This document shows positions 48,650-58,224 of a stretch of 64,000 bases of DNA, piece by piece (position 1 is the first letter of the stretch; every line of letters begins with the position of its first letter). The notes under the pieces are model-generated. The model was not told the DNA's origin, did not search any database, and worked only from the letters and a program-made list of their open reading frames with translations. The translations under genes were made by a program, and so were the position numbers. This stretch comes from an uncultured Spirochaetota bacterium (GTDB lineage Bacteria > Spirochaetota > Spirochaetia > SZUA-6 > Fen-1364): NCBI GenBank assembly GCA_963820525.1, contig CAWGAA010000001.1, positions 1,120,001-1,184,000 on the forward strand, in the 5' to 3' direction.

Positions 48650-51268
48650 CTATCTGGTCAGCCGCAGGTAGAGCTGGGAAAGCTTTTCCGGGAGCCTGGC
48701 GACATCGGAGAGGATCGCGTGATGGTAGTCGCCATAGAGGTAGGAAACGTATTTCTTCGCGTACCTGTCTATGGTCAGGCAGTACGGGATGATGCCCTGC
48801 CTCCGGCACTCCAGGATGGCCCTCCGCGTGTCTTCGATAGCGTAGCGTGACGTCTCGGAGCTTGAGGCCGAGCCGTAGCCCGGGTCTGCCGGTATTCCAT
48901 CGCTCAGGAGGATGAGGAGCTTCGTCCTGGCCTGATGCTTCTGCAGTCTCATCGTCATGTGGCGGATGGCGCACCCGTCCCTGTTGCTCGCCTGGGGCTT
49001 GACGGAGGCGATCCTTCCCTGGGTTTTTGCTCCCCAGGCCTCGCCATAGTCCTTGATGACGTTCACGAAAACCCTCTGCCTTCCCATGCTGTAAAAGGAG
49101 AAGATCCCAAAGGGATCTCCGATCAGATCGAGAGCGGAGGCGAGCAGGGACAGGGCCGCCTTTTCCACATCGATGACGCGCCATCTCCCGACGCTCGTAT
49201 CCGTCGATGAGCTTGCATCCACGAGAATGCAGACCATGACGTCCCGATTGCTCCTGATCTTCCTGAAATAGATCTTCTCGTCCAGCGTTTCGCCGCGGAG
49301 GAGGGAGATCGTATAGTCGAGGGCGTCGGACAGGTCGATCTCCTCACCCGTCAACCATCTCCTGGACATCTCCAGCTCTTCGGGCTTCAAGTGAAGAAAG
49401 CGTTTCTTGATGCGTTTGTGCACGAGTGAATATTCACGGACCACCTCCCCGTAGTACTCGCTGTCGGTGGATGAGAGGGCGCTCTCGAAAAGCGAGCAAT
49501 GGTTTTTCTCGTACGCGTTCGTGAGGCAGTTGAACTCAGGATACCTGTACACCTTCATGTCGCCGGCGGATATCGCCTGGCGGAGATCCTCAAGCTTTCT
49601 CTCCGCTTGCCTCAGAGAGCCGAGGTCGATCGCTTGCTCTTCATCCGCCTCCGTTTCGCCGGCGATCCCGGCTTCGGATTCCTCCTTGAGAAGCTCCGGC
49701 GTCGCGTCCCGGACGATCTCGGGGAAGAACTCGGGCTTCAAAGATCCCGGGAATCGGTCCCGGATATCGTTTCTGGAGCAGTAGGAGACGATGGGAAAAT
49801 TATCGTAGAAAATGTTGTAGATGACGAAGAGGATCTGCGCCGTGTTCTGGACCGTGTTCTGCGGTCTATAGATTCGAATGAACTCGGAGAGAATGGAAGA
49901 GATGATGGGGGGCACGGCCGGGTCCTGGATATCTGCCTTGTATTTGCCTATCAGGGAAAACTGGATCAGGCATTCAAGCACGGCAAGGAGCTTCTCTTCC
50001 TTCTCGGCTCCGACGTTGAGCATCATCCGGGGCCGCTTGTGCCAGAGGTAGGAATTGAGGAGCGCGAAATCTTCTTTCAAACCGGGGTAGAGGGCCGAGA
50101 GCCGGAACTCGATCCGTGCATTCTCGATCAGCGTGAACAGCTCCTTCGCGAAGTCCGGCGTCGGGAAGCTGTAGAAAAGCCTTTCGTGCTCCGTGTTCAG
50201 AACGAGGAGCCTTTTGTCGCTCGCGAACTGGACTTCCAGCTCGCCGTCCGCCCTCTCGCGCACCGCCTGCGCCGTGGTCCCGTACTGCCTGCGGACGTTG
50301 TCGGCTATCTTGGGAAGGAGCAGCGCGTAGCGGTCGCGAAGCTCGTCTATGAACTCGACTGACTTGAGGTCGAGAGTGAAGGATCCAAAGGGAACGGAGG
50401 CGGCCTGCTCGGCGGCCAGGGCCGTATAGACCCTCTCGTTGTAGAGGGGCTGAGTGAAGAAATCGATCTCGGGAGGCAGGAATATCGAGGTTCCGTCGGT
50501 GTAGGGGCATTTCAAGCCGAAGAGGGAGGTGTCCTGGCTCGAGATGACCATGTCATATCCGCACAGGCTGGCGCAGTATATCTTGATCACGGACTTCAGG
50601 TCATCGAGAACCAGGCTGGTGATTCCGAGCATGCTTCGGCTTTCCCGGGAGTGAACCAGGAGGAATTGGGCCCCCTCATCAGTTCTATTGCTCGTGAAGA
50701 GGTCCGTAGCCCTGGAAAGCCACAGCGCGAGCTTCTCCCAGGGGAGGGATGTGAGCTTTGCGGAGAAGCGCGTAATGCCCTCGATCAGGGTGCCCGGCGA
50801 ATACTGCGCGACGATCCCCCACTGGGCAAGCAGGAATGAGCATCTCTCTCCGTCGCCCGACTCCAGGATTGCCGCCAGCGCTTTCTCGCTCTTCTTCACC
50901 TTCCCGCCGCAGCTTCCGGCAAAGAAGGCGAGCCCTTTCTGGATCCTTTCAAGGGGAAAGCCAAGCAGGGGATACCTCTGGAGAAAGGCATGCGCAGATC
51001 CTTGATCGAGAATGGTCAGGTTGAAGAGAAGGTCTGAAAAAAGCCCCAGCTCGCCCCTCTCGAGGAGGATGGGCACGAGCGCCTCCGCGCTGATATAGAG
51101 GTGCTCCGAAGCGTAGGTGAGCTTCCGTAAGGAATCGATGTTCTCGGGGCTTACGGCGGCGAGCCGGGACAGGCATTCCAGGGACGTATGGAAGAAGCCG
51201 ACCAGGTGTGGTTTCTTCCTCCGGATCTCGTCGAAGGCGCGGGCGTAGTATTCGCTGTCGCTCATCAC
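48650..51268 (-). CDS. NorD/CbbO-type VWA domain protein
   Basis: YPEF, GEEIDLSDA, MIDAS DASSS, NRDGCAIRH, LSDG, EDTRRA. Confidence 0.88.
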   Translation of the reverse strand: MMSDSEYYARAFDEIRRKKPHLVGFFHTSLECLSRLAAVSPENIDSLRKLTYASEHLYISAEALVPILLERGELGLFSDLLFNLTILDQGSAHAFLQRYPLLGFPLERIQKGLAFFAGSCGGKVKKSEKALAAILESGDGERCSFLLAQWGIVAQYSPGTLIEGITRFSAKLTSLPWEKLALWLSRATDLFTSNRTDEGAQFLLVHSRESRSMLGITSLVLDDLKSVIKIYCASLCGYDMVISSQDTSLFGLKCPYTDGTSIFLPPEIDFFTQPLYNERVYTALAAEQAASVPFGSFTLDLKSVEFIDELRDRYALLLPKIADNVRRQYGTTAQAVRERADGELEVQFASDKRLLVLNTEHERLFYSFPTPDFAKELFTLIENARIEFRLSALYPGLKEDFALLNSYLWHKRPRMMLNVGAEKEEKLLAVLECLIQFSLIGKYKADIQDPAVPPIISSILSEFIRIYRPQNTVQNTAQILFVIYNIFYDNFPIVSYCSRNDIRDRFPGSLKPEFFPEIVRDATPELLKEESEAGIAGETEADEEQAIDLGSLRQAERKLEDLRQAISAGDMKVYRYPEFNCLTNAYEKNHCSLFESALSSTDSEYYGEVVREYSLVHKRIKKRFLHLKPEELEMSRRWLTGEEIDLSDALDYTISLLRGETLDEKIYFRKIRSNRDVMVCILVDASSSTDTSVGRWRVIDVEKAALSLLASALDLIGDPFGIFSFYSMGRQRVFVNVIKDYGEAWGAKTQGRIASVKPQASNRDGCAIRHMTMRLQKHQARTKLLILLSDGIPADPGYGSASSSETSRYAIEDTRRAILECRRQGIIPYCLTIDRYAKKYVSYLYGDYHHAILSDVARLPEKLSQLYLRLTR

Positions 51269-52158
51269 CTGAATATCTTGTCGATGATGATCTCGATCGC
51301 CGCGATCTCGTCCTTTTCGTCCGTGATGGCCTGGGCGATCGCGATCGAGCAGGCCCGCTTCGGCTGGATGCCCTTGGTGATCAGCTTGGCCGCATAGATG
51401 AGGCTTCTCGTGCTCACCCCTTCCTCCAGGTCGATGGTGGAAATGCCCCGGATGTCGTTTCCCAGGAGAACAAGCTTTTCCGCGATCGGCCGTTCCACTT
51501 TGCTTTCCGTGGCGATGATCAGGATCTCCTTGTCGGGCGGAGGGTACGAGAAGTCGATCGCTATGAAGCGCTGCTTGGTAGACTGCTTGAGGTTCTTCCG
51601 GACGCTCTGGTAGCCGGGGTTGTAGGACAACACGACCATGAAGGTGTCCGGTGCCTTGATCTGGGTCCCGAGTATCTCGATGGGGAGGAGGCGCCTGTAA
51701 TCCGTGAGGGGATGGATCACCACGGTCACGTCCTTTCTCGCCTCCACCACCTCGTCCAGGTAGAGAATGGCGCCTTCCCTCACCGCCATCGTCGCCGGCC
51801 CGTCTATCCAGACCGTTTCTCCGCCTTTCATGATATAGCGGCCCGTCAGGTCGCGGGCGGTCAGGTCCTCATGACAGGCCACCGTGTACAGGGCGCCGAC
51901 GCCGTTTCCGAAATCCTTCTTCTCTGCAACAACCCGGTCCCCCGCTTTCTTGAGATGCACCAGCTTCTGCCCGAGCTGGTATGCCATGTACTCCACGAAA
52001 CGGGTCTTGCCGCAGCCGGTGGGGCCTTTGAGGAGGACGGGTATCTGATCGCTCCAGGCCCGTTCGAAAATATCGACTTCATCCTTAATGGGGATATAAA
52101 AAGGCTTTTCCCGTATCCTGTAGACCGATTTTTCATCGGTGTGCGAGATGTCGCTCAT
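51265..52158 (-). CDS. CbbQ/NirQ/NorQ family MoxR AAA+ ATPase
   Basis: GPTGCGKTRFVEYMA, LYLDEVVEARKD, SYNPGYQ, KQSTKQRF, STRSL. Confidence 0.93.
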   Translation of the reverse strand: MSDISHTDEKSVYRIREKPFYIPIKDEVDIFERAWSDQIPVLLKGPTGCGKTRFVEYMAYQLGQKLVHLKKAGDRVVAEKKDFGNGVGALYTVACHEDLTARDLTGRYIMKGGETVWIDGPATMAVREGAILYLDEVVEARKDVTVVIHPLTDYRRLLPIEILGTQIKAPDTFMVVLSYNPGYQSVRKNLKQSTKQRFIAIDFSYPPPDKEILIIATESKVERPIAEKLVLLGNDIRGISTIDLEEGVSTRSLIYAAKLITKGIQPKRACSIAIAQAITDEKDEIAAIEIIIDKIFR

Positions 52159-52336
52159 TCCCGCATAGTAGCACCAAGCCTCAAGGCATGCAAATTGAAT
52201 CGGGCGCTGTAGCGGCGCCGAACCGCCGAATCTCTGCTCACCGATGATATCGCCAGATGAGTCGTGATATAATCGTCCCGAACCTTCAGCCAAGCTGTAC
52301 AAGCATCTTGGCGTGTTCCTGATGAGGAGGCGGAGA

Positions 52337-53041
52337 ATGACGGATTTGCTGTGCCATCGCGACGCGTACCTCAGGGAGTTCGAGGCGAGAGTTGTCGAGG
52401 CGAACCCGATGGAGAACTCCGTGATCTTGGATCGCACCGCGTTCTACCCGGGCGGCGGCGGGCAGCCATGCGACCGCGGGTGGCTGAACGGCGTTCCCGT
52501 GCTTCGCGTCGGGCGGCAGGGAGAGGAGATCCGGCACTGGCTGGATGGGAAGCCGCCCGAGGCGGGCAGCGTGGTCACGGGGAAGCTCGACTGGGACCTC
52601 CGCTACAAGCTCATGAGGACCCATACGGCTTTCCACATCCTCTGCGGGGTCGTGTGGAGGGACTGGAAAGCCCAGGTGACGGGGGGAAACCTCGAGCCGC
52701 TCAAAGGCCGCATGGATTTCGAGTTCGAGACGCTGAAGCACGAGCTTGTCGAGGAGATCGAGAAGCGGGTGAACGCCGAGGTGGCGGCGGCCCGCCCCGT
52801 GTCGGTGCGCATCCTCCCGCGCGAGGAAGCCTTCAAGATCCCCGACCTCATCAGAACGAAGATCAACCTTCTGCCCGAGGGCATCCTCGAGGTGCGCACC
52901 GTGGAGATCCAGGGCCTCGACCTCCAGGCGGACGGCGGCACCCATGTCGCCAACACCCGGGAAGTAGGCAGGATCCGCGTGGCCGGCTACGAGAGCAAGG
53001 GAAGGATCAACAAGCGCATCAAGCTGGAAATCGGAGATTGA
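52337..53041 (+). CDS. alaX: Alanyl-tRNA editing protein AlaX
   Basis: TAFYPGGGGQP, MRTHTAFH (HxxxH), QADGGTH. Confidence 0.92.
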   Translation: MTDLLCHRDAYLREFEARVVEANPMENSVILDRTAFYPGGGGQPCDRGWLNGVPVLRVGRQGEEIRHWLDGKPPEAGSVVTGKLDWDLRYKLMRTHTAFHILCGVVWRDWKAQVTGGNLEPLKGRMDFEFETLKHELVEEIEKRVNAEVAAARPVSVRILPREEAFKIPDLIRTKINLLPEGILEVRTVEIQGLDLQADGGTHVANTREVGRIRVAGYESKGRINKRIKLEIGD

Positions 53042-53070
53042 GGCGCCGGGCCGCCGCGATTGGCTCGCGC

Positions 53071-53889
53071 TCAGTTACGGCCGGTGATGTCTCCCGTGTC
53101 GCCCCGTCCCTCGATGACATCCACGAGCCGATTCGCGAAGTATGGGGCCACTGCCGCGGCGAAGGCGACGTTGGGATGGGAATCGTTTAGTAGCGAATCC
53201 GCGTTGGCGTCGAGAAGGTAGAGCTCGTTCTCGCCCCCGGTCTCCAGAGTCCAGAAATCCCAGACGTAGATGTTGTCGCCGGGCGCATCCCAGGTATCCC
53301 TGACCCACGAGAAGAACGTGCGCGCCCTTTGAGCGGAGTCCGGGTTCGTGTCGGCCATTTTGAGGGCGGCCCCGGTCCACACAATGAACCTCGTGTTCGG
53401 GAACTCGTGCATTTTCGTCTTTATTGCGTTGTACTGAAGATAATAGTTCTGAAGCTGCTTGGACTCCGAGGCGACGTCCGCCGTGCCCGAGTCCACATCG
53501 ATGGCGCTCACGGGAAAACAGTGCTTGAACACGATCACTTCATAGTTTTGCGTGAGAATCTCCAGGGTGTCCTCGCTCATGAACTGAGTGGGGCCGGCGT
53601 TGTTCACCCAGATGTTCCAGTAATCGTAGGGGTAATTGTTCCAGGGGTAGGGCGATCCGGATGGATACGCTCTCTCCGTAATCTGATAATCCGTTGAATG
53701 GCCGGAGTTGTACGAAGCGACGGCGTCGGGCACGCCGCCGCTCCACACCACGCCTCCCGTGGAATGGTGGAGATAGATCACGTCCACCCTCCCCGTCATG
53801 GGATCCTGCAGTTTCGGTCCCCCGGAGGGCTGAGCGCAGGAGAGAAACACGGAGAGGCAAAGAAGGGTCGAGAGGACGTGTTTTTTCAT
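53071..53889 (-). CDS. Hypothetical lipoprotein, SGNH-hydrolase-like
   Basis: Lipobox FLSC; YLHHSTG near the N-terminus, FKHCF, DSHPN (DxH) near the C-terminus. Confidence 0.6.
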   Translation of the reverse strand: MKKHVLSTLLCLSVFLSCAQPSGGPKLQDPMTGRVDVIYLHHSTGGVVWSGGVPDAVASYNSGHSTDYQITERAYPSGSPYPWNNYPYDYWNIWVNNAGPTQFMSEDTLEILTQNYEVIVFKHCFPVSAIDVDSGTADVASESKQLQNYYLQYNAIKTKMHEFPNTRFIVWTGAALKMADTNPDSAQRARTFFSWVRDTWDAPGDNIYVWDFWTLETGGENELYLLDANADSLLNDSHPNVAFAAAVAPYFANRLVDVIEGRGDTGDITGRN

Positions 53890-53980
53890 GGCTTTTTCTC
53901 GGAATACCATGATAGCACCCTGAGGTGCCGTTTTCAATGCCGACGAACAGCCAACCGGCGGGCGCTCACAGTCCCTATCC

Positions 53981-54114
53981 CGTGCGGCATCGCGTTCCAG
54001 CTTCCGTGCATGCTGCCGCTCGTGGTCCTCTACGAGATCAGCGTGCTCGCGGCCCGGCGGATAGAAGCGCGGCGGGCGGCTACGCTGTCCCCGCAGGCCG
54101 CCTCGAAACCGTGA
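53981..54114 (+). pseudogene. tatC: TatC remnant (internally deleted C-terminal part)
   Basis: GIAFQLP joined almost directly to PLVVLYEISVLAAR, two TatC motifs normally about 50 aa apart. Confidence 0.6.
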
Positions 54115-55600
54115 TGGCCGTCCTGTCGGCCGGGCAGTTGGCCTGGCAGATCCCGCATCCGATGCAGAGCGCGGAAGCAACAGACGGGTATCTCAGGGTG
54201 ACGGTCCTCGAACCCTGAACGATTCGTTCCTGCCGAGCGAACACCACCGCTTTCTTCGGCGTGGGGCACACCTCCTCGCACACCAGGCACGGCTTCTTGT
54301 CCTTGAAGACCACGCAGCGGTTCTGGTCAATGGCGGCGAGCCCGATGGGCGTCGTCTGTTTCTCCGAAAGACTTTGAAGAGGAATGGCCTGGTTGGGGCA
54401 AACCTGCTGACAGACCTGGCAGCGGAAGTCGCAGCCGTTCTTCTCCATGTTCAGCCTCGGGGTGAACAGGCTCGCCGCTCCCGCCTCCAGTCCCGTGGAT
54501 TCGATGATGCCATTCGGGCAGGACTGCGCGCAGTGCAGGCACCTGATGCAGCGGCGGAGGAACCGCGCCTCGTCCACCACCCCGGGAGGACGCAGAAGAG
54601 GCGTGAGCGCGCCGGAGGCGGCGCCGCCGGAGCGGCCGGCGCCCAACCTTCCCGCGAAGCCCAGGCCTCCCAGCGCGGCGCCGACAATCGCGCCGCCTAC
54701 GATGCCCGCGCCCAGGATCAGGAACTCCCTGCGCGATGCATCGAAGGCCGAAGCCCGCGCGACCGTGCCCTTCACCTCGGCGCTCGAATCCGGAAACGCC
54801 CCGCCTCGCCTTCCCGTGGCGCGTGCATGCCGTGATGACGCCCGGGCCCTGGCCGGCCCGAACGAAAAGACCTCAGCCCTGCAGGAATGCTCGAAATCGA
54901 AGCACAGCGTGCATTGATGAGCCAGGACGGTGCGGCCGCGGTGGTCCGCCGCGTTCATGGGACAGCGAGCGCACGCCGCGCATCCCGCGCAGCCATGGAT
55001 GGCAAGCCGCAGGAAGGAAACGCGCGATAAAAGCCCATAGAGGGCGCCCAGCGGACAGAGGTACGCGCACCAGAGCCTTCGACCGAAAAGCGAGGATGCA
55101 ACAACCAGGCCGAGAAACACGATCCCCAGCGTCGAGAGCGAGAAGATGCGCACGGCCCATACATTAGGGTGGAAGTATGGCAGGAGACCCGGCGTGACGA
55201 ATGCCCCCAGGAGCGAAGCACCGAACAGCGCAATGGCCGGAGGAAACCGCACCAGAAGCGATCGGGGGGAGACGCCCCGCAGCCTGAGCGGGTTGGCCCT
55301 GCGCAGTGGGGTGAGGAGGAAATCCGAGAGCTCGATCAGGGCGCCCATGGGGCAGACCCACCCGCAGAAGAACCTGCCCAGGACCACGGTGACCAAAAGA
55401 AGCGCGAGAATCGGGGCCAGGAGCCAGAGGTCCAAGCGCGGGTTGGTCAGAAAGATGAGCGGATCGAAGCGAAGGAACGGGTTGGGAAAGGCGGAGAACG
55501 GGTCCAGGGAGCGCGCGTACGCCCAGGCGAACAGCAAGAGGAACGCGGCCTGGGAGGCGATCCTCGAACCCTTCAGCCACAGAAGAGCGCGTCTTTTCAT
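54080..55600 (-). CDS. Membrane polyferredoxin (NapH/MauN-like fused to MauM/NapG-like)
   Basis: GRFFCGWVCP, WCAYLCPLG, internal SRREF, LLRPPG, several CxxCxxCxxxCP. Confidence 0.9.
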   Translation of the reverse strand: MKRRALLWLKGSRIASQAAFLLLFAWAYARSLDPFSAFPNPFLRFDPLIFLTNPRLDLWLLAPILALLLVTVVLGRFFCGWVCPMGALIELSDFLLTPLRRANPLRLRGVSPRSLLVRFPPAIALFGASLLGAFVTPGLLPYFHPNVWAVRIFSLSTLGIVFLGLVVASSLFGRRLWCAYLCPLGALYGLLSRVSFLRLAIHGCAGCAACARCPMNAADHRGRTVLAHQCTLCFDFEHSCRAEVFSFGPARARASSRHARATGRRGGAFPDSSAEVKGTVARASAFDASRREFLILGAGIVGGAIVGAALGGLGFAGRLGAGRSGGAASGALTPLLRPPGVVDEARFLRRCIRCLHCAQSCPNGIIESTGLEAGAASLFTPRLNMEKNGCDFRCQVCQQVCPNQAIPLQSLSEKQTTPIGLAAIDQNRCVVFKDKKPCLVCEEVCPTPKKAVVFARQERIVQGSRTVTLRYPSVASALCIGCGICQANCPADRTAITVSRRPAGTA

Positions 55601-55612
55601 CGGGAAACCGGC

Positions 55613-56509
55613 CTACGCTTCCACCTTCCGAACGGAGTATCCAGCCGCCTTCCCGAGGCCGGCCCGCTCGGCTTGCCCGAGATAGGGAAGATCCGCCGCG
55701 GTTCTGCCGAAGAGCTTGGCCGCCTCGGCGTCCGCGCACACCACGTTCGAGGAAGCGATGAAGGTATCGAGCTTCTTTAGGGAGGCGGGGTCCCCGCCGG
55801 TGGGGCCTCCGCGCAGCATGATGGAGCCGGCGTCGATCAGGGTGAGACGCGACCTCACGGCCCGGTTGATGTCCGCGATGGAATCGTCGAGCTGCCAGTG
55901 CCACCTTCCCCGCTGGTCTCCCGTGATGCCCATGAGGTTTTTCATCCCGAGGGTGAGCCCCGCCTCGCCGTGATGCTTCGCGATGGGCGCGTTGATAAAG
56001 CTATCAGATTCCAGCACATGCCTGTTCACGAGGGATTCCTTGAGGAAGTATGCATCGGGGATGGAAATCCGCTTGTAGAGACGGTCCGAGACCTCATCCA
56101 CCTGGATTACCTTTGCGCCCGCCTCCTCCGCCGCCCTCTGGATCCCGGAGGTGACATAGGACAGGTGGGAATTGGAAACGGAGCGGTCGAAGACGTAGAC
56201 CTTCGAGGCGCCGGCCATGAAGGCGAGATGGACCAGGGTGCGGACCACGATGGGATGAGTCGTCGCTCCGACTTCGGGAGGCGAGTTCCACCCGATGTTG
56301 GGCTTCACCACCACCACGTCGCCGTGCTTCACGTACCGCCCGATTCCTCCCACCAGGTCCACGGCCCTGGTCACGACCTTCTGGTAGTCGGCCCCCGACG
56401 CAATGCCCACATCGGGGGTGAGGATTGCGGGCCCGGCGGACCAGAGCCGCCGAGTCATGAAGTAGAACGAGCCGCCGAGCACGGCCGTGATGAATTCCCG
56501 CCGGGTCAT
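55613..56509 (-). CDS. DUF362 domain protein with twin-arginine signal
   Basis: TRREF; VVVKPN, TTHP, PIAKHH, TLGMKNLMG, DAEAA. Confidence 0.88.
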   Translation of the reverse strand: MTRREFITAVLGGSFYFMTRRLWSAGPAILTPDVGIASGADYQKVVTRAVDLVGGIGRYVKHGDVVVVKPNIGWNSPPEVGATTHPIVVRTLVHLAFMAGASKVYVFDRSVSNSHLSYVTSGIQRAAEEAGAKVIQVDEVSDRLYKRISIPDAYFLKESLVNRHVLESDSFINAPIAKHHGEAGLTLGMKNLMGITGDQRGRWHWQLDDSIADINRAVRSRLTLIDAGSIMLRGGPTGGDPASLKKLDTFIASSNVVCADAEAAKLFGRTAADLPYLGQAERAGLGKAAGYSVRKVEA

Positions 56510-56634
56510 GGAGGAATGATAATGCCAGGAAGCTGTCGGCGCAATATGGAGTTGGGGAAGCCCTGCCGCAATGCCGAGACCATTGCTGCCGCCGCGCTCT
56601 CCGCTGTAGAATATGCGCCGGCAAGGAGTAAACG

Positions 56635-57090
56635 ATGGCAAGTCTCGCGCGCTTCGGTGTGTCTATTGAAGAACCCCTCCTGCATGAGTTCGACAAGCTT
56701 ATCGCGAAAAAAGGGTACTCGAACAGGTCCGACGCCATTCGAGCGCTCATCCGCACCATGCTTTTCGAGACGAAGACCGAGGAAAACCCCGATCTGGAGG
56801 TGATCGGCACGATAACGCTGGTCTATGACCATGGAAGCGGGGACTTGCCCATGCGGCTGACGGATCTCCAGCACCATCACCACCGGTCCATCGTCTCCAC
56901 CCTCCACGTCCATTTCGACCAGCATAACTGCCTCGAGGTTCTCGTCGTTCGAGGAAGCCAGGAAGAGGTGCGCGCCATTGCGGATTCCCTGATCGGAACG
57001 CGCGGCGTTCATCAGGGCAGGCTGATCTTGAACGCCGGGGCGAAAAAAAGCGGACGGCGGGCTTCGGCGCACGGACACGCGCGGCACTGA
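56635..57090 (+). CDS. nikR: Nickel-responsive regulator
   Basis: RFGVS..YSNRSDAIR (RHH), QH, HVHFD..NCLE. Confidence 0.96.
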   Translation: MASLARFGVSIEEPLLHEFDKLIAKKGYSNRSDAIRALIRTMLFETKTEENPDLEVIGTITLVYDHGSGDLPMRLTDLQHHHHRSIVSTLHVHFDQHNCLEVLVVRGSQEEVRAIADSLIGTRGVHQGRLILNAGAKKSGRRASAHGHARH

Positions 57091-57140
57091 TTCGCGCGGG
57101 CGGAGAGATTCCGGCGGGCGATGAGAATCCCCCATCAGGC

Positions 57141-57203
57141 TTGACAGGCGTGCCCCGGACGAGGTAGCGTTCCCCGGTAGCACGAATCACAAAAATGTAG
57201 CAC
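57141..57203 (+). promoter_or_regulatory. nikM promoter with NikR operator candidate
   Basis: TTGACA-N18-TAGCGT; direct repeat GTAGCAC-N13-GTAGCAC at 57177-57203. Confidence 0.7.
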
Positions 57204-57225
57204 AGAAGCCGCTGGAGGGAGAACG

Positions 57226-58221
57226 ATGCACATCCCCGACAACTATCTCAGCCCGGCCAGCTGCGCTGCCATGGGAGCCGCAATGGCGCCGGTCTGGGCA
57301 ATCGCGGCGCGCAGGGTTTCGCGCGAGGTATCCAAGACGAGGATCCCCCTGCTGGGGATCGGCGCCGCCTTCTCCTTTCTCATCATGATGTTCAATATCC
57401 CCCTGCCGGGCGGCACGACGGGCCACGCGGTGGGCGGGGTTTTGCTGGCCGTGCTCCTCGGCCCCTGGTCGGCCTGCATATCGGTTTCGATCGCGCTGAT
57501 CATCCAGGCCGTGATGTTCGCGGACGGCGGAATCCTCGCCTATGGGGCGAACTGCTTCAACATGGCGTTCGTCATCCCCTTCTTCGGATATTACGCGTAC
57601 AGGTTCGTCAGGGAAAGGGTGAAGGGAGAGAAGGGCGAATACGCCGGCCTGGCGGCGGGCTCGTACATCGGGATCAATCTGGCCGCGTTGTCCGCGGCGA
57701 TCGAGCTGGGCATCCAGCCCTCCCTCTTCACGACCGCCGCCGGATTGCCCCTGTACTGTCCGTATCCGCTCTCCATTTCGGTTCCCGCCATGCTCATCCC
57801 TCACCTGGCGGTGGCCGGCGTGGTCGAGGCGATCTTCACGGTAGCTATTTTCATCTTCATCCGTCGGGTTTCCCCGGCCGCGATTCACGAGGGTCCCCGG
57901 ATGGCCACGAAACCGCTCTACGGGATGTTGATCGTCCTGATCTGCCTCTCGCCTCTCGGGCTTCTCGCAGCAGGGACCGCATGGGGAGAATGGGGCGCGA
58001 AAGAGATCGCGCACGTCGCAGCCGGCGGAAGCCCTCTCGGCTTCGTTCCTGAAGGAATGCGCACGGGCCTGAGCTTCAGCGCCCTTTTCTCCGGCTACGC
58101 GATACGGGGCCTGCCTGACTTCGCGGGCTACGCGATCTCGGCCGTCGCCGGGGCCTCGGTTCTCCTCATCTCTTTCAAGCTCTTCGCCCTTCTTAAAGGC
58201 CGGCTCAAGGCCCGGACATAA
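57226..58221 (+). CDS. nikM: Ni/Co ECF transporter substrate component, fused NikMN/CbiMN-type
   Basis: MHIPD N-terminus, GGTTGH, FADGG; C-terminal GTAWGEWG (PDGLE-like) domain; next to nikR. Confidence 0.92.
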   Translation: MHIPDNYLSPASCAAMGAAMAPVWAIAARRVSREVSKTRIPLLGIGAAFSFLIMMFNIPLPGGTTGHAVGGVLLAVLLGPWSACISVSIALIIQAVMFADGGILAYGANCFNMAFVIPFFGYYAYRFVRERVKGEKGEYAGLAAGSYIGINLAALSAAIELGIQPSLFTTAAGLPLYCPYPLSISVPAMLIPHLAVAGVVEAIFTVAIFIFIRRVSPAAIHEGPRMATKPLYGMLIVLICLSPLGLLAAGTAWGEWGAKEIAHVAAGGSPLGFVPEGMRTGLSFSALFSGYAIRGLPDFAGYAISAVAGASVLLISFKLFALLKGRLKART

Positions 58222-58224
58222 GTC

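Noticed and set aside
57090..57226. Cobalamin or NiCo riboswitch before the CbiM-like gene
   Set aside because: The leader after the promoter is only about 50 nt with no recognisable aptamer; a NikR operator explains it
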